The notes under the pieces: generated by a model | Told to the model about the DNA's origin: nothing | Databases searched by the model: none | Seen by the model: the letters and a program-made list of their open reading frames with translations, nothing else | From: a virus | Lineage: Duplodnaviria; Heunggongvirae; Uroviricota; Caudoviricetes | Reading direction: 5' to 3' (one strand) | DNA: 42,713 bases | Virus record (IMG/VR): IMGVR_UViG_2636415959_000003 | Location: 1 to 42,713 of that record | Shown here: positions 1 to 8,711 of the stretch, piece after piece | How the letters are laid out: the number at the start of each line of letters is the position of its first letter | Position numbering within the stretch: the first letter of the stretch is position 1 | Translations under genes and position numbers: made by a program

Positions 1-549
1 TCAGCTAGCTGGAAACTTTTTATACAGAGTTGAGAGCCCTACTCCATACGTTTTTGATACGCTTTGTCGTGATTCACCGGTTGCCATCCGCTCCCCCATT
101 TCCCGCCATTGCTCATCCGTGAACTTAGGCCTGCGACCACCAACTCGCCCTTTTGCCCTGGCTACGGCCAGCCCTGCTAAGGTACGTTCGCTATTAAGAT
201 CAGATTCATATTGTGCTGCGGAAAGGATGTTACGAAAGTTATAGCGGCCGCTGGCTGTTTTGAGATCCACGCCATCGGTAATACTGCGGAAGTTGATACC
301 CTTTTCCTGTAACTGCTGGAACATCAACAGCGCATGCAGAACGTTGCGGCCTATCCTGTCCAGCTTCCAGACCACCAGTTCATCCCCCGGCTGCATAGTG
401 GCGATCAGCCGTTTTAGAACCGGCCGATTCGATTTCCTCCCGCTGGCATGCTCTTCAAAAATTTTCTCACAACCCGCTGACTTGAGCGCCGTTAGTTGCA
501 ATTCAGTGTCCTGGTGGTTTGTTGATACTCGGGCATAACCGTAAATCAT
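1..549 (-). CDS. Serine DNA invertase (Hin/Gin/Pin/Cin family)
   Basis: 183 aa from ATG at 549 (GGAG RBS upstream) to stop at 1-3. N-terminal MIYGYARVSTNHQ catalytic-serine motif, VVWKLDRIGR, C-terminal HTH (GLSTLYKK), closely resembling Gin/Hin as recalled. Confidence 0.9.
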   Translation of the reverse strand: MIYGYARVSTNHQDTELQLTALKSAGCEKIFEEHASGRKSNRPVLKRLIATMQPGDELVVWKLDRIGRNVLHALLMFQQLQEKGINFRSITDGVDLKTASGRYNFRNILSAAQYESDLNSERTLAGLAVARAKGRVGGRRPKFTDEQWREMGERMATGESRQSVSKTYGVGLSTLYKKFPAS

Positions 550-601
550 GGGATTTCTCCTGTTATGAAAACAGGAGAAACGGCGAAGCATCACCAGATT
601 T

Positions 602-1132
602 TTGATGGTTATAAAAAAGGTTGGTTTGGGAGAAGGTTCAGCATTACCGGTTGGTGTGCCTGTTCCGTGGCCTTCAGCTACACCACCGACAGGCTGGTTG
701 AAATGCAATGGTGCAGCTTTTTCTGCTGAAGAATACCCGGAACTGGCAAAGGCTTACCCGACAAATAAATTGCCTGATTTACGCGGTGAGTTTATTCGTG
801 GCTGGGATGATGGACGCGGTGTGGATACGGGGAGGGCAATATTATCATCTCAGGGCGATGCCATACGTAATATCTATGGTGAGTTCAAGACTGTAAACGC
901 CGAAAATTATTCAATATGGGAATCAGTAGACTCTTTTAAGGGGGCAGTGGTGCCTTTGAACCCCTCAACGGACAATAGTTATTTCTCCATAATCAATAGT
1001 ATGTTGACACAAAGAACAGATGGCTCTGTTTACCCAACAGTGATTGGCCTTGATGCTTCAAGAATTGTTCCAACTGCAAACGAAAACCGTCCACGAAATA
1101 TTGCATTTAACTTTATCGTGAGGGCTGCATAA
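602..1132 (+). CDS. Alternative tail-fibre C-terminal variable segment (silent in this orientation)
   Basis: ORF in frame with the GLGE crossover codons (623-634). No credible own start (TTG/ATG inside the gix site). Would fuse to the constant fibre N-terminus after inversion. Confidence 0.6.
   Translation: MMVIKKVGLGEGSALPVGVPVPWPSATPPTGWLKCNGAAFSAEEYPELAKAYPTNKLPDLRGEFIRGWDDGRGVDTGRAILSSQGDAIRNIYGEFKTVNAENYSIWESVDSFKGAVVPLNPSTDNSYFSIINSMLTQRTDGSVYPTVIGLDASRIVPTANENRPRNIAFNFIVRAA
609..634. other. gix/hix-like inversion crossover site (left): TTATAAAAAAGG-TT-GGTTTGGGAGAA
   Basis: 26-bp site (12+2+12). Inner half-site GGTTTGGGAGAA is the exact inverted copy of TTCTCCCAAACC at 2478-2489. Resembles Gin/Hin site architecture. 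Confidence 0.7.
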
Positions 1133-1734
1133 TGGATAACGCTGTATTAAATAGCGAGCTTATTGCCACGAAGGCGGGGAATATTACCGTCTATAGCTAT
1201 GATGGTGAAACTCGGGAATATATTTCCACTTCAAATGAATATCTTGCCGTTGGCGTCGGTATCCCGGCATGTTCTTGTTTAGATGCACCAGTTACACATA
1301 AAGCTGGTTATGCAATCTGCCGTTCTGCAGATTTTAACTCATGGGAATATGTGCCAGACCATCGCGGTGAAATCATCTATAGCACCGAAACAGGAGAATC
1401 GAAAGAAATCACAGCTCTGGGTGATTACCCTGAAAATACAACCACTATCGCCCCGTTAACGCCATATGATAAATGGGATGGTGAGAAATGGGTGACAGAT
1501 ACTGAGGCACAGCATAGTGCCGCAGTAGACGCGGCAGAAGCACAGCGCCAGTCACTGATTGATGCAGCAATGGCTTCCATTAGTCTGATTCAGCTGAAAT
1601 TACAGGCCGGACGTAAACTGACGCAGGCAGAAACAACCAGACTTAACGCCGTGCTGGATTACATTGACGCGGTGACGGCAACAGATACCAGCACCGCGCC
1701 GGATGTCATCTGGCCTGAACTGCCGGAGGCGTAG
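1132..1734 (+). CDS. Tail fibre assembly protein (alternate copy)
   Basis: 200 aa; C-terminal STAPDVIWPELP motif typical of Tfa/Mu U-type chaperones. TAATG coupling to the upstream ORF. Confidence 0.7.
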   Translation: MDNAVLNSELIATKAGNITVYSYDGETREYISTSNEYLAVGVGIPACSCLDAPVTHKAGYAICRSADFNSWEYVPDHRGEIIYSTETGESKEITALGDYPENTTTIAPLTPYDKWDGEKWVTDTEAQHSAAVDAAEAQRQSLIDAAMASISLIQLKLQAGRKLTQAETTRLNAVLDYIDAVTATDTSTAPDVIWPELPEA

Positions 1735-2125
1735 GCCATTCAATATCGAGTGCTGTTGAAGTATTAATACGCATCAATAGCACTCGATATTCTTTCCATG
1801 CCAGTAACAGTTTCGTTTCATCATCTGTTGCCATACCTAAATCAACCGCATCCTGAAGCGGAGCTATTACATTCGTTGCCTCTGCTATCAGTGCAGATTT
1901 CTTTTCATCATTTATTAAGGCTAATTGTTCTGGTGTTGGAGAAGGACGGTCAACAATGACAGGATGACCGTTCTCACCACAGGTAATCATTTTTGTTACA
2001 CTCTGTGCATTAATCAGTGTTTTCCACTCTGATTCCGAGATTTCCACTGCATCATCAGGAATATTGGTGCCGTGAAATTCAGTCGAATAAAATCCGTTTG
2101 TCGATGCAGAATAAAAATATGACAT
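1706..2125 (-). CDS. Tail fibre assembly protein (currently expressed copy)
   Basis: Starts MSYFYSAS at 2125. C-terminus APLQDA..AWKEYRVLL..TSTALDIEWP resembles lambda Tfa C-terminus as recalled. Confidence 0.7.
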   Translation of the reverse strand: MSYFYSASTNGFYSTEFHGTNIPDDAVEISESEWKTLINAQSVTKMITCGENGHPVIVDRPSPTPEQLALINDEKKSALIAEATNVIAPLQDAVDLGMATDDETKLLLAWKEYRVLLMRINTSTALDIEWPTPPAVQAR

Positions 2126-2129
2126 TTCG

Positions 2130-2759
2130 TTAATATCCCATTGCAATGTAATACGCATCAGCAGATGAACCATATCCTGAACCGGGCGACACTGTAATAT
2201 TAAATCCAGTGTTCTGGACATTTGTCGCCGATACAGTCGGCTGCCCTGACGCGCCAGTAACGTTCAATGTAACTGTGACAGCAAGGACTCTTGAGAATGT
2301 CATCGGGAACCTTATCTCGTATGTTGAAGAAACATTCGGGGAGCCATTCAACTGACCGCACTGTAAAATTAAACCAGACGGAAATTTTTGCGCAGCAGCC
2401 GTTGCGGTATTACTTGACGCGAACAGGCTCATATCAGGTATCTGATTCGCCCCTGTACCTACATTCCTTTTAGCTGCTTCTCCCAAACCAAGGTTTGTGG
2501 TAATCGCTGTCGCCAGCTTTGCCACCAGTCCATCAACGTCACCATCATCGAGCGCGTCCAGTTCGGCGTTCGCGATAAACTGCCCCAGTACAGCCGCCAT
2601 CGTCGACGGTTGGCGCAGCGCTTTACTGACCTGTGCGCTGGATGCTTTACCCGAGGAGAATCCTTTCTTCAGTGCGGTTAGCGTCTCCCATTCCTCCTGC
2701 GAGGTAACATTTGCATTAGCATCTGTCGCAAACGCTTTAAAATCATTAGTTCCAGCCAT
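2130..2759 (-). CDS. Tail fibre protein (constant N-terminus 2759-2492 plus variable C-terminus 2489-2130)
   Basis: ATG at 2759 overlaps upstream stop (TAATG). The gix site lies in frame inside the gene (…TTNLGLGE…). Confidence 0.7.
   Translation of the reverse strand: MAGTNDFKAFATDANANVTSQEEWETLTALKKGFSSGKASSAQVSKALRQPSTMAAVLGQFIANAELDALDDGDVDGLVAKLATAITTNLGLGEAAKRNVGTGANQIPDMSLFASSNTATAAAQKFPSGLILQCGQLNGSPNVSSTYEIRFPMTFSRVLAVTVTLNVTGASGQPTVSATNVQNTGFNITVSPGSGYGSSADAYYIAMGY
2478..2503. other. gix/hix-like inversion crossover site (right): TTCTCCCAAACC-AA-GGTTTGTGGTAA
   Basis: 26-bp imperfect dyad inside the tail-fibre gene; inverted partner of the 609-634 site. Confidence 0.7.
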
Positions 2760-3439
2760 TAAAGTAATCTCCCCCATGCGCCGTCATCAAAACCGGCGAT
2801 GTATTCGTTATCCATGTCAAATCCAAAGAATTTTGTTCCTTCGGACGGTGTTTCGACCGAGGGTGTTTCAACGCCGCCAGCCCATACACCAGCAGCTTTA
2901 ACGGTGAGATAACCCTGTTTGATAGCGGCTATCAGTTCGAGTGACACATCAGAAATATCAGTCTCGGGAAAAACCCAGACCGATATCGTCATGTCCTGGT
3001 TATCGACGATCTGCATCTTCAGTCCAGAGCCTGCGGTAGCAGCGTCAAGGATGGGAGGCAGAGAGTCGTTCCGACCATCCCAGTTGTTGATAGCGATTTT
3101 CGCTTTCAGAATGATGCGGTACGTCTCATCACCCAGCGTCGTATAGCCAGAATCAGGATCATATGGCCCTTGCCAGATGCCCTGGTCATATCCGAGCCCG
3201 TCAGTGTCCCAGCTGAAATAAACGCCGCTAATTGGCTGGCTGACTATACGACTACGCCCAATCCACAGGCCGAGGATATCGAGTTGCACGCCAACCGCCG
3301 TATCGATATCGAAGGCTGTTACAAGCCCTGACATAGTGCTGGACACATCAATCAGCGGGCGGGTGCTCAGATCTATATGGTCAAAAAAGAGTGGCTTGGT
3401 AGCATGGTAGTTAGTGATCAGTTCGGTGTATTTGCTCAT
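2759..3439 (-). CDS. Baseplate/tail protein (Mu gp48-like, tentative)
   Basis: Position immediately upstream of the tail fibre; ATGA coupling at 3436-3439. Family assignment from gene order only. Confidence 0.45.
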   Translation of the reverse strand: MSKYTELITNYHATKPLFFDHIDLSTRPLIDVSSTMSGLVTAFDIDTAVGVQLDILGLWIGRSRIVSQPISGVYFSWDTDGLGYDQGIWQGPYDPDSGYTTLGDETYRIILKAKIAINNWDGRNDSLPPILDAATAGSGLKMQIVDNQDMTISVWVFPETDISDVSLELIAAIKQGYLTVKAAGVWAGGVETPSVETPSEGTKFFGFDMDNEYIAGFDDGAWGRLL

Positions 3440-4635
3440 GAGGTCACCGTGATAGTGACGTGACTCGCAACGCATGACGCAGATTCGTCATAAGCAATAT
3501 CGATATTTCCGCTTGCGACTGAGTCAGAGGATTTGCCGATGAGCAGCTCCTGAATGTCGTAATAGCGAGCACTGCCTCCGCTTACCACGCCAAGGTTTGC
3601 CGGGGAATAAATACGACTCAGCAGAACGTCATCGCCAATTGCCAGGCCATTTATATAATCGGCAACAGCCTGTTTAATCTGCTCGCCGATTTGAGAGGTA
3701 TAGCCGGTAAAAACTTTCAGGGTAATGGCTACGAAAATTGGCACATCGGTAGAGCGCGAAAAACTGATGACGTGTGGATTACCGTAAGTATCCGGCACCG
3801 TGACAGAAGTTTTACCGTAAGTTGCGGTTCCCTGCCCTTTATTCCCCCTGATGGTCTGGGCTATCTCGGTAACATCCCCTCCATCGACGATGGCGGAAAT
3901 AGAGTGTGGCGGCAGCCCGTTGCTGTCGGTTGCCCCAGTGTCGTTCTCATATAGTTTGTGACGTGTCACGCCAGCAACATTAGCGATAGCACCGTCGACA
4001 CCTTCAAACGGTGTGATCGATGGTAGCGCGACGCTTTGCCCCTGCCGAATGCGCAGCTCTGCGTCGGTTTCGGCTGGTGAACCGACAGTAGCCGCAACTG
4101 GATTGGTTACCGACACCCAACCTCGGGTCGGGGTGTTGATAGTGGTAATAGTCCCGGCCAGCGCCGCAACCGAACCGCTATTCGCACATGTGGCCGTCAC
4201 CAGCACAGTACCATCAACGCCGATCGCTACACTTGCGGGAAAATTCCAGATAATGCCGTTTTTATCCCGTGCGGAGCCATTCGTGATAGTCGTGCCTGCC
4301 GTACCGGTTAACAGAAGGTCAGCAGTAGAGTTTGTCGCTACTTTTCGCGTGATCCCGTTAATTTTCACATTGCTGCTAAGCGCTGCGGCCTGCGCTGTCG
4401 TCGGTGAAAAAGAGTTGTAGATCCCGATAGCGGTATTGTTAGCGTCATGCACCGCAAGAGCCACCAGCGCGACCATTTGCCCATCTTTGCTGTCTGGTTC
4501 GAGGTAGGCATCACTACCGTAAATCTGCCTGAAATAGCTGGTCAGTGTATCTAGGATTGTCTGGTAATCAGGCGCACTAATCCCCTGGGCGGTTACCGTT
4601 GCCGATAGCCCCAGCGTGTCGAGGTTCAAAGCCAT
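3436..4635 (-). CDS. Baseplate J-like protein (Mu gp47 / P2 gpJ-like)
   Basis: 399 aa; position and size in a myovirus baseplate cluster. Confidence 0.6.
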   Translation of the reverse strand: MALNLDTLGLSATVTAQGISAPDYQTILDTLTSYFRQIYGSDAYLEPDSKDGQMVALVALAVHDANNTAIGIYNSFSPTTAQAAALSSNVKINGITRKVATNSTADLLLTGTAGTTITNGSARDKNGIIWNFPASVAIGVDGTVLVTATCANSGSVAALAGTITTINTPTRGWVSVTNPVAATVGSPAETDAELRIRQGQSVALPSITPFEGVDGAIANVAGVTRHKLYENDTGATDSNGLPPHSISAIVDGGDVTEIAQTIRGNKGQGTATYGKTSVTVPDTYGNPHVISFSRSTDVPIFVAITLKVFTGYTSQIGEQIKQAVADYINGLAIGDDVLLSRIYSPANLGVVSGGSARYYDIQELLIGKSSDSVASGNIDIAYDESASCVASHVTITVTS

Positions 4636-4989
4636 TTATGCCTCGCTTGTTACAGTCGTCTGGCCGTAGATTGTGTCAATGGAGGAAGTGAAGGTGACGC
4701 GACGGCTGGTGCCGTCATAATTGGTATCAAAGGAAAGAATCGACAGAACGCCCGGTGTGTCCTGTATGCGTTCGCGTATAGCCAGGATGTAGACGTCAGA
4801 ACGCTGCTTACCCAGCACTGACTGGACATACGGCGTGCCTTCTGTCAGGTCGAGAAACCACTGACCTCGCCACAGCTCGAAACGGGTTTTTACGGCCTGG
4901 GCAACGCACTCCGGGCTGTCGATAAGGAAGGTGTTGTCACCCTGCCCGAAAGTGTAATCGCCGTCAGCATCTTCGCGTCGGTATCGCAT
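4636..4989 (-). CDS. Small baseplate protein (gp46 / gpW-like, tentative)
   Basis: 117 aa between spike and J-like genes; coupled stops and starts. Confidence 0.45.
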   Translation of the reverse strand: MRYRREDADGDYTFGQGDNTFLIDSPECVAQAVKTRFELWRGQWFLDLTEGTPYVQSVLGKQRSDVYILAIRERIQDTPGVLSILSFDTNYDGTSRRVTFTSSIDTIYGQTTVTSEA

Positions 4990-5729
4990 TATTGCGGCCC
5001 TCCGGTAGTTCCCCCGCCAGTCTGTACTCCGCCATGTTTATGCGTGGCGACACTGATACCAGAAGCTGTTACGTCATTCGTTACCGTCACCGGCCCAAGC
5101 ATCGTCGCAGTACCGCCGCTTTCTCCCATTCCCTGAGACAGGTTACCGTTAATCGTTACGTTGCCGTTCAGCGTGATAGTCGGGGATGTGATTGTCGTTC
5201 CACCCTCAGCCGTAGCCGTGAGCTGGCCCGGTGTTTGAACGGTGATGTTATGTCCTGCGGCAACCTCTACGAACGCCGCACCATCATCGGTTCGCAGCTG
5301 CGCGGCGCTGGTACTGATACCGCTGATTTTCTGTGCTTGCGACTGCGGGCCAACGATGGCGAACGCATCAGATAAGTCATGCTGGCGCGGGTCGACGGTC
5401 TCCTGAACGCCGCCGCTCTGCCACCAGAAATCGATACAACGGTCGGCAAAGATCAGCAGGCACTCATCGCCTTCTTTTACCGGAAAGGTCAGCGTGCAAC
5501 CACCGCCGCGAGGAAAGATAACCGGCACATCCACCAGCGGTTTTAATTCGGTGGAGCCGTCGCCAACAATACCGCGAAGCGCCACCTCTGCTGTGCAGGT
5601 AACAGTATCAGGATCGAACGACTGAATGATGCCAGGCATCGCTACGCGCATCTGGGTAGACACCGAATCGGCAATGGCCTGCGCGGTCTGCTGCTCTCCG
5701 CCGATCTGTGATTGAGTTGGAATTGGCAT
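4989..5729 (-). CDS. Baseplate spike/hub protein (Mu gp45 / gpV-like)
   Basis: Start MPIPTQ at 5729 with GGAG RBS. Gly/Thr-rich C-terminus (HKHGGVQTGGGTTGG). Confidence 0.5.
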   Translation of the reverse strand: MPIPTQSQIGGEQQTAQAIADSVSTQMRVAMPGIIQSFDPDTVTCTAEVALRGIVGDGSTELKPLVDVPVIFPRGGGCTLTFPVKEGDECLLIFADRCIDFWWQSGGVQETVDPRQHDLSDAFAIVGPQSQAQKISGISTSAAQLRTDDGAAFVEVAAGHNITVQTPGQLTATAEGGTTITSPTITLNGNVTINGNLSQGMGESGGTATMLGPVTVTNDVTASGISVATHKHGGVQTGGGTTGGPQ

Positions 5730-5745
5730 AAAAACTCCATAAAAA

Positions 5746-5765
5746 AACCCGCTCGGCGGCGGGTT
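5746..5765 (-). terminator. Rho-independent terminator (7-bp stem AACCCGC/GCGGGTT followed by U7 on minus strand)
   Basis: Hairpin plus T-run read on the minus strand, immediately upstream of the gp45-like RBS. Confidence 0.55.
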
Positions 5766-5944
5766 ACTGATCAAACGTCAGGGTTTGAAGGCTGATTTGT
5801 CCGTGCTATTTATCTTCTTTGCAGCCCTGAATGTAGGTCTTGCTTAAAACTACGGTAACGTCGTGGTTTGTAGCGAGATACAGGCTGCCAAGGAAAAGCC
5901 GCAAGGCAATTTTTAGCTTCTCACGATAGGGGCCGGATACCTTT

Positions 5945-6295
5945 ATGCCAAAATCAGAAACAACCATAAAATTTACTCCAGCAATAGGCAAAGAATTGCT
6001 CTCCGTAATCCAGGATAACATACCTGAAAGTGACTATAAAATACGCAGGCGAATCAGAACTGCTGACTCAATTAATGCGGTTGGCACGCTCGTCGACATA
6101 ACTATCATCGTAGCCACGTCGTCACCAGCTTGTATAGCCATTGCATCTATCGCAAGAAAATGGATACAGACCAGATCATCCAAAAAAATAACAATGACCA
6201 CAGAGAAAGGTAAAATCGAAGTAGAAAACCTGACGTCAAAAGAACTGATTGAAGTAATGGAGCAGTGCAAGAACATCAGCTTCAAAGAGGAATAA
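5945..6295 (+). CDS. Hypothetical protein with central hydrophobic segment (moron, opposite strand to late operon)
   Basis: 116-aa ORF in an AT-rich island with a terminator 7 nt downstream; weak RBS. Overlaps a 71-aa minus-strand ORF (5806-6021) at the 5' ends, so one of the two is probably spurious. Confidence 0.45.
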   Translation: MPKSETTIKFTPAIGKELLSVIQDNIPESDYKIRRRIRTADSINAVGTLVDITIIVATSSPACIAIASIARKWIQTRSSKKITMTTEKGKIEVENLTSKELIEVMEQCKNISFKEE

Positions 6296-6301
6296 CTTGG
6301 C

Positions 6302-6329
6302 GCGCCGGTCAACCCGGCGCTTTTTCTTT
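6302..6329 (+). terminator. Rho-independent terminator (GCGCCGG-tcaac-CCGGCGC followed by T-run)
   Basis: Perfect 7-bp GC stem followed by TTTTTCTTT on the plus strand. Confidence 0.7.
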
Positions 6330-6333
6330 ATAC

Positions 6334-6684
6334 CTACTTCACCTTCACGCAGTCGTATGTTGCATACTGACGCGGCGCATTCATGCTGGCTTGCAGCCAC
6401 TGGGCATTGAGAATGGCTTTGCCGTTGCGCTTGATGTACTCAAGCCCAACCCAGCGGCCGGGTTGATTAGTTGCAACCGTCCATTCCATCTTGAGATTTT
6501 GATAATCTTCCTTGGCTTTCAGAAAGGTCATTTTCTGGTTTTCTGGCTTTACACCATTAATATGCATAAAACCATCATTACCTGCGGTGAGGCGATATGG
6601 CCCGCATTGGGTATCAGCCATTGCAGTTGAAGCTCCGACCAACGAAAGAACGGCTCCGCAGATAACATTCCTAATTTTTGTCAT
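6334..6684 (-). CDS. Secreted/periplasmic protein of unknown function (signal peptide MTKIRNVICGAVLSLVGASTAMA, AxA cleavage site)
   Basis: ATG at 6684 with AGGTG RBS, coupled (TGAtATG) to the upstream tail gene. Two Cys in the mature part. Sits in the AT-rich island. Confidence 0.6.
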   Translation of the reverse strand: MTKIRNVICGAVLSLVGASTAMADTQCGPYRLTAGNDGFMHINGVKPENQKMTFLKAKEDYQNLKMEWTVATNQPGRWVGLEYIKRNGKAILNAQWLQASMNAPRQYATYDCVKVK

Positions 6685-6685
6685 A

Positions 6686-7780
6686 TCACACCTGTACTTT
6701 TTGGAGCGTCGACTGACTATATAATTCACGACTGCCACGCGCGAAGCACATCAAATCCATGTACCATGCCTGACCTCTTGTGTCGCCAGTATAGTCGATA
6801 GCTTTGACGATATAAACGCCATCTGTCGCAATGCTTGCTGGTTGACTGACAGTGCCGTTAACGACGAGATTACCATTCATGTCGCTCTCTTGCAGCTTTG
6901 GTGAGGGTATGATATTTCCATTCTCGTCGTATTTGACCGCACGAAGATCTTCATTGTTTAACTGCGTTCGGTACACCGAAGCCTGATCGAGCTGGATAAG
7001 ACCATTAATGCGGATGTTCGGGTTTATCAGGCACCGCACGTTTACGCCGCCGCCCATCGTCTGTTGCGGCATACCAATCAGGCCAGTATTGGCATTCAAC
7101 ACAATGGCTTCGTGAATATATTTATCCTCCGGCACCATCTGGACCTGACCATCCACCAGCTGCCATGTCGCTTTGCACTGCGCTGCAATATTATCCATCA
7201 CGTTACGAGTGGATGAGTAAATCGCTCGGCCACGAGGAAACACGGTATCAGGAAAGTCGCCGGTAATGCCCTGCGTCACGCCGAACGCGTTAAAATCCTG
7301 CATCGTCGCCCGGTGCAGATCCGCTACGGTATAGCCAGCGGCAAGCGTGGTGATGGTAGTCGCGTAGAGGAACGCTTCATGATCTCCAATAGCCTGAATC
7401 AACACCCAGGAATCCGTAATGTTGTCCTTCCCGGTGACGGTGAAGCGAATATCACCGTCAAATATCAGGCCGTAGTTCTGACCGTTCACCTGCCCTACCT
7501 GGTCTGGTGAAATCTCCCGGGCGACACCAACCTGGCTCGCATCAACATCCGGCGCAATACCGTCATACCCGGCAATGATGCGAATTTTTGCAAACTCCTG
7601 CCCCAGTATCTTGTTCGTGGTATCGGTCGAAAGGTTGTAAATTTTCACGTTCGCCACGCGCGGCCAGCTTGTATCTGCCCACTCGATCTGGAACGTGACC
7701 TTAAAATCAGACAGGGAAACGCCATGCCCGTTCTGGTCCAACAGTTGCAGCTCAAAATGGCGCATCCAGTTAAGAGACAT
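6686..7780 (-). CDS. Tail/baseplate hub protein (Mu gp44 / P-like, tentative)
   Basis: 364 aa; size and position in a Mu-like tail cluster. Confidence 0.55.
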   Translation of the reverse strand: MSLNWMRHFELQLLDQNGHGVSLSDFKVTFQIEWADTSWPRVANVKIYNLSTDTTNKILGQEFAKIRIIAGYDGIAPDVDASQVGVAREISPDQVGQVNGQNYGLIFDGDIRFTVTGKDNITDSWVLIQAIGDHEAFLYATTITTLAAGYTVADLHRATMQDFNAFGVTQGITGDFPDTVFPRGRAIYSSTRNVMDNIAAQCKATWQLVDGQVQMVPEDKYIHEAIVLNANTGLIGMPQQTMGGGVNVRCLINPNIRINGLIQLDQASVYRTQLNNEDLRAVKYDENGNIIPSPKLQESDMNGNLVVNGTVSQPASIATDGVYIVKAIDYTGDTRGQAWYMDLMCFARGSRELYSQSTLQKVQV

Positions 7781-7782
7781 TT

Positions 7783-8088
7783 CTACTCCTGCACGAAAAT
7801 GAGGTGGCTGTGTGTGCCGAGGTTGGTTTTGGTGGGCTCGTCCGGTGCGCCTACATCGCAGCCAACGAGCAGCGCCCCGTTAATACCTAGTTGAGGATAT
7901 TGCTCAAGAAGATTTACACCGGTTACCAGCGGCACGCCAGAAAGAAGCGGTTCGCCACTGCTATCTTGTACATCCAGAATCCAGCCAGCAGAATCACGCC
8001 AAATGACTCTCAGCGTGTATGTTGTCTCTGCTAACTGAATGCGAAATAGCTGGTTATCCGGCGATAAAGGGATTTCAGTTACATTCAT
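7783..8088 (-). CDS. Small tail protein
   Basis: 101 aa; ATGA coupling to the upstream ORF; inside the tail cluster. Confidence 0.45.
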   Translation of the reverse strand: MNVTEIPLSPDNQLFRIQLAETTYTLRVIWRDSAGWILDVQDSSGEPLLSGVPLVTGVNLLEQYPQLGINGALLVGCDVGAPDEPTKTNLGTHSHLIFVQE

Positions 8089-8711
8089 TGGATACCTATA
8101 AAGTTACCAAGTCTGGTTCCTTTTAGTCCATCAAGCCACCCTGTTGACTTAATTACCGATTCATTTACTGGGGTGGTGGATTTAGTCCCGGAATTCTGCA
8201 CCGCCGATGTGCTGACGCCATCCTGCATATCTGATTTATCAGCAACGCTAACGCTCTGCGTCTGCGACATGATCACTTCACGCAGGGTAAGCGTGCAGTT
8301 CAGCACGTTCTCGCTGGTTTTGTCCGTTGTCACCTCAATGGCACGCACCAGCATATTGGTGTACACCCTCTTCCCGGTAACCACATCGAACGGTACGCGC
8401 TCAAGCTGCATATCCAGCAGCTTTTGGTATGTCTCCTTTGGGCTAAGCCCAGCGCTAAGACCGATTGAAGATGTATCAATGAAGTCCAGCAACGAACCGC
8501 CACCAGCGAAGCCGCATTCCATCGTGACTTCGCTTGGGCGCTTATACGCATGATCGGCGATGAAACCCGACGCGCTATTCGTTGTTGGCTTCTCCACCGG
8601 GTGCTCAGTAATTTCGAGCGCATCAGAATGCTTTTCAGAAACAACCACGCTGGGGATTAATATTCCAATTCGCCGGGATTTCTGGCGAAAAATAGCGGAG
8701 AGAATATCCAT
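8085..8711 (-). CDS. Tail protein of unknown function (immediately after tape measure)
   Basis: 208 aa; start overlaps tape-measure stop. Confidence 0.45.
   Translation of the reverse strand: MDILSAIFRQKSRRIGILIPSVVVSEKHSDALEITEHPVEKPTTNSASGFIADHAYKRPSEVTMECGFAGGGSLLDFIDTSSIGLSAGLSPKETYQKLLDMQLERVPFDVVTGKRVYTNMLVRAIEVTTDKTSENVLNCTLTLREVIMSQTQSVSVADKSDMQDGVSTSAVQNSGTKSTTPVNESVIKSTGWLDGLKGTRLGNFIGIQ

Larger units (their letters stand above)
621..2491. other. Invertible DNA segment (G/C-segment-like tail-fibre host-range switch)
   Basis: Bounded by inverted gix-like sites. Contains two oppositely oriented sets of tail-fibre C-terminus plus tail-fibre assembly gene, with the invertase adjacent. 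Confidence 0.75.

Noticed and set aside
5806-6021. 71-aa minus-strand ORF in the moron island
   Set aside because: It overlaps the 5' end of the plus-strand ORF (5945-6295), which has a far better terminator context. Only one is likely real, and this cannot be resolved from sequence, so it is not listed as a feature.
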